This document shows positions 61,334 to 64,000 of a stretch of DNA of 64,000 nucleotides, piece after piece. The stretch spans positions 96,001 to 160,000 of the forward strand of contig CAVUUR010000012.1 in NCBI GenBank assembly GCA_963744715.1, read 5' to 3'. Numbering within the stretch: the stretch's first letter is position 1; the number at the start of each line of letters is the position of its first letter. The position numbers and the translations under genes are program-made. The notes below the pieces were generated by a model. That model was not told the origin of the DNA and made no database searches. It worked only from the letters and a program-made list of their open reading frames with translations. The stretch comes from an uncultured bacterium. GTDB lineage: Bacteria; Babelota; Babeliae; Babelales; JACPOV01.

Positions 61334-62066
61334 AAATGCCTACCAATAAACCAGCACCAATATAAGAAAAAACCATCAGAAAAAAAACCGGATAATTATA
61401 CGTAATACAAAAGCTAATAATGCCAAGACAAGGAACAACAATGGCCCAAAAATGAAAAAACCTAATGCGCACTCTTTTCCATGATGGATAATGAATAGTG
61501 GAAACCATCAATAATGCAATTAACACCGTACTACTCATAGTGCCATATTGCGTAGTAAGCCAGCCCAAATAACTTGCAGAAATCCAATCATGATACATAA
61601 CAAGGCTTGCAACAAAAAAAGCCGCCGCCGTTGATGGTAAGCCGATAAAAAAATAGTGATGCCCCGTGGAAGAACTATTAAAACGGGCTAGTCTAAATAA
61701 CCCTGCACATAAATACAGGGTTAAAATAATAATCCCCAAACTTCCGTAATGAACACCATAAAAACTATATAAAAGAATTGCCGGAGCCAAGCAAAATGAA
61801 ATTGCATCGCACACCGTATCTAACTCTGCACCAAAATAGCTATTTGATTTAAATATTCTCGCCAAACAACCATCAACGATATCCATACATGCAGCGATAA
61901 TTAAACAATAGGCGGCTACCTGTAGATTTTCTTCCAAAACATTCACTACGGAAAAAAATCCAAAAAATGCATTAGTAAACGTAAAAATATGGGGAATAAC
62001 GTTGAGTGAACGTTTATAGCGCTTACTGTTTTTTTTTCCAAATTCTCGTAATACTTTTAAGGTCAT
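61296..62066 (-). CDS. pssA: CDP-diacylglycerol--serine O-phosphatidyltransferase
   Basis: PHIFT..N, DIVDG.LAR, GAELDTVCDAISF, RLARFN, FIGLP. Confidence 0.88.
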   Translation of the reverse strand: MTLKVLREFGKKNSKRYKRSLNVIPHIFTFTNAFFGFFSVVNVLEENLQVAAYCLIIAACMDIVDGCLARIFKSNSYFGAELDTVCDAISFCLAPAILLYSFYGVHYGSLGIIILTLYLCAGLFRLARFNSSSTGHHYFFIGLPSTAAAFFVASLVMYHDWISASYLGWLTTQYGTMSSTVLIALLMVSTIHYPSWKRVRIRFFHFWAIVVPCLGIISFCITYNYPVFFLMVFSYIGAGLLVGIFTGAKRLLASIV

Positions 62067-62192
62067 AGTTTTTTTACGCTCCCCCGCAATATGCTGATAG
62101 CAAAAAAGAGATTACTATACGTTAAAAAATTGTATCACGAACAACCAAACAAAGTAAATTATTCAATAATTAACGCCGCTATACTGATATTT

Positions 62193-62898
62193 TTATTTTT
62201 TCCCAATAAAATAATCAGTGCCAAGAATTGGAAGCACTGCTGCTACACCTAATCCCACTGCGATGCCAGCATGTTTGGTCGCATCACGCATATCGTTGTT
62301 TTTATATGCAGCATACGCTTGAGCAAGTTGTTGATAGGTAGCATATCCCATTGCCATTCCATATAAAGACATCTCAGGTGCTTTTTCTATTTTGCTACCG
62401 GTAAGATTTCTTGCTGTGCAATCAACAAGCGCTGCCATGGTTCCTACATCGATCAAACATTCTTTGGTATTGCCATCTTGGTATGCTTTTTTTGCCGATC
62501 GTGCATAATTGATAGTTTCATTGACGCTAAAACAAGTAACCAGAGTCCTATATTTATTGATGCTGGCATTATACTTTTCCTTTTCATATTGTATAAGACT
62601 TTTTCCATTTAAAAGTATTCGTTGATCCCCTGCACAAGCAAGGTAAGGGGCATTGTAAAAGCGAGGATCCGACGAGCACATATCTCATAAGTAACTCAAT
62701 GTTATACCATCCCATACCAAGAAAAACAGGCATACTACTTGCAACTGTTTGTTCTGAAAAATCCATTGATAAACATTTTCTTTTAATCGAACCAAGCGAT
62801 AATATCTAGGTTGTCTTGTCGGGTTCAAATTGCCCAACACAAATACTACTCAGTAGTGATAAACAAAAAATTACTACAATAGAATACATGTTCTTCAT
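62193..62898 (-). CDS. Hypothetical membrane protein, probably one gene broken by indels
   Basis: Signal-like MKNMYSIVVIFCL at 62898 with GGAGG RBS; intact C-terminal ORF 62193..62681. Confidence 0.5.
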
Positions 62899-63109
62899 AT
62901 AAAAAATTACCTCCACAATGTCTAATATCTTTATTATTTTCACATTGCAATAGTTTATCATACTTTTATTACTATTGCAAATGCTCATATCAGAGGTAAT
63001 TACTTTGTAACTGTTCTAAAACGAGGCTAGCCATTGCCGCCGACCTGGGCTTTTAATGAGGCAACAATTTCACGCAAAACATCAAGCCGTTGCATCATGA
63101 TAACGATTT

Positions 63110-63805
63110 CTACATATAACCGGGATGCGCTATTATAATTAGGCCATAAAAAACGCCAAAAGGATGGATCACGGTTAAATCTTCGGGCTCATTTACGTGC
63201 CGGTAAATATTAGTATACCGCTTTAAATACTGTTTATCCTGTTCCAATTGTTTTAACTCCCCAAGAATAACTTTAATAACTTGTTCTGGTGTTGGAATAT
63301 CAATCACTTTACCTTGTTCTATAATAGTTATCTTGCCGCTATAAATATCTTGTAACAGCGATTTTTTTACTAAATCTTTATGAGCACTCATCCACCACGC
63401 AGTAGGCCAATACATACCATCGGCATAATAATCGTCTTGCCGCCATCTACAAAATAAGGTAGTGCTTATGCCATCTTTTGATTCATGCCAATAGTCAACT
63501 ATTTTTGCTTGTGCTGAATATTTCTTTTTCAAAGAATCGATGTCATATGCACCCTTTTGCCAAGCGTATACGGCATAGGCACCCGCGGTTGCCAAGAGCG
63601 ATGTACATAAGAACGGTTTATCATTAAAAACCATCGATGTTCCTATCAATGAACCGCTAATAACATACGGTTTATAATAATGACATCGAATTTTAGCTTC
63701 ATTAATAATATAGTGAATATCATCAGCTATCGTTGCAATGCTAGCCTGATTGGTAAAAAATATTCCTAACATACTTATTGCACTTATAAAAAATAGTTTT
63801 TTCAT
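63110..63805 (-). CDS. Hypothetical protein (C-terminus may continue past a frameshift to about 63028)
   Basis: Signal peptide; alternative frame continues FWRFLWPNYNSASRLY. Confidence 0.65.
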   Translation of the reverse strand: MKKLFFISAISMLGIFFTNQASIATIADDIHYIINEAKIRCHYYKPYVISGSLIGTSMVFNDKPFLCTSLLATAGAYAVYAWQKGAYDIDSLKKKYSAQAKIVDYWHESKDGISTTLFCRWRQDDYYADGMYWPTAWWMSAHKDLVKKSLLQDIYSGKITIIEQGKVIDIPTPEQVIKVILGELKQLEQDKQYLKRYTNIYRHVNEPEDLTVIHPFGVFYGLIIIAHPGYM

Positions 63806-63999
63806 AATGTTTCTTCTTTAGTTATATTCATCAAGATATCAGGATTAATAGATGTTTGTTCCATAAAAGCTCGTCGCACAACCATAGCATGTTGTGTACC
63901 GCCAATCATCAAAAAACCCTGTAATTTACCACAATTATCGAGTATAAATGAATGATACCAGCCATCTCCTTTTCTGACAAGATTTTCATGGTAATTTTT
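63802..63999 (-). CDS. C-terminal end of a probable NAD(P)/FAD-dependent oxidoreductase (5' part off the window)
   Basis: YHSFILDNCGKLQGFLMIGG resembles rubredoxin/nitrite reductase C-termini; TGA overlaps the next ATG. Confidence 0.45.
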   Translation of the reverse strand, partial: KNYHENLVRKGDGWYHSFILDNCGKLQGFLMIGGTQHAMVVRRAFMEQTSINPDILMNITKEETL

Positions 64000-64000
64000 A

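Overview
AT-rich bacterial chromosomal segment. Gene content and style (many short-signal-peptide proteins carrying ankyrin, WD40, LRR, pentapeptide and F-box-like domains, an archaeal/eukaryotic-type ProRS, and a chlamydia-like EamA carrier) point to an intracellular protist parasite, probably Dependentiae/Babeliae (TM6); this placement is inference. Housekeeping genes: xerD, proS, carD-miaA-SPOR-ppiD-recA-infC-rpmI-rplT-zapB-zapA-rny-ymdB, dnaK, parA, ychF, hspR, maf, dnaA, an amidase and pssA. They are interleaved with tandem paralog arrays of putative secreted effectors. No tRNA, rRNA, CRISPR array or transposase was seen. From about 20.7 to 26.2 kb the sequence is riddled with indels in essential genes, most likely consensus errors. 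Main leads: (1) three secreted WD40 proteins with BC-box plus Cul2-box motifs (host CRL2 ubiquitin-ligase adaptor mimics), alongside F-box-like effectors; (2) a 'signal peptide then Met at +1' signature concentrated in effector-like proteins; (3) a 1.4 kb ORF-free, hairpin-dense carD-dnaK spacer that looks like a plus-strand structured RNA; (4) a cluster of signal-peptide-bearing glycosyl- and methyltransferases including a 9% Cys pseudo-enzyme; (5) an orphan diverged copy of a gene 3' end flanking an inserted effector gene.
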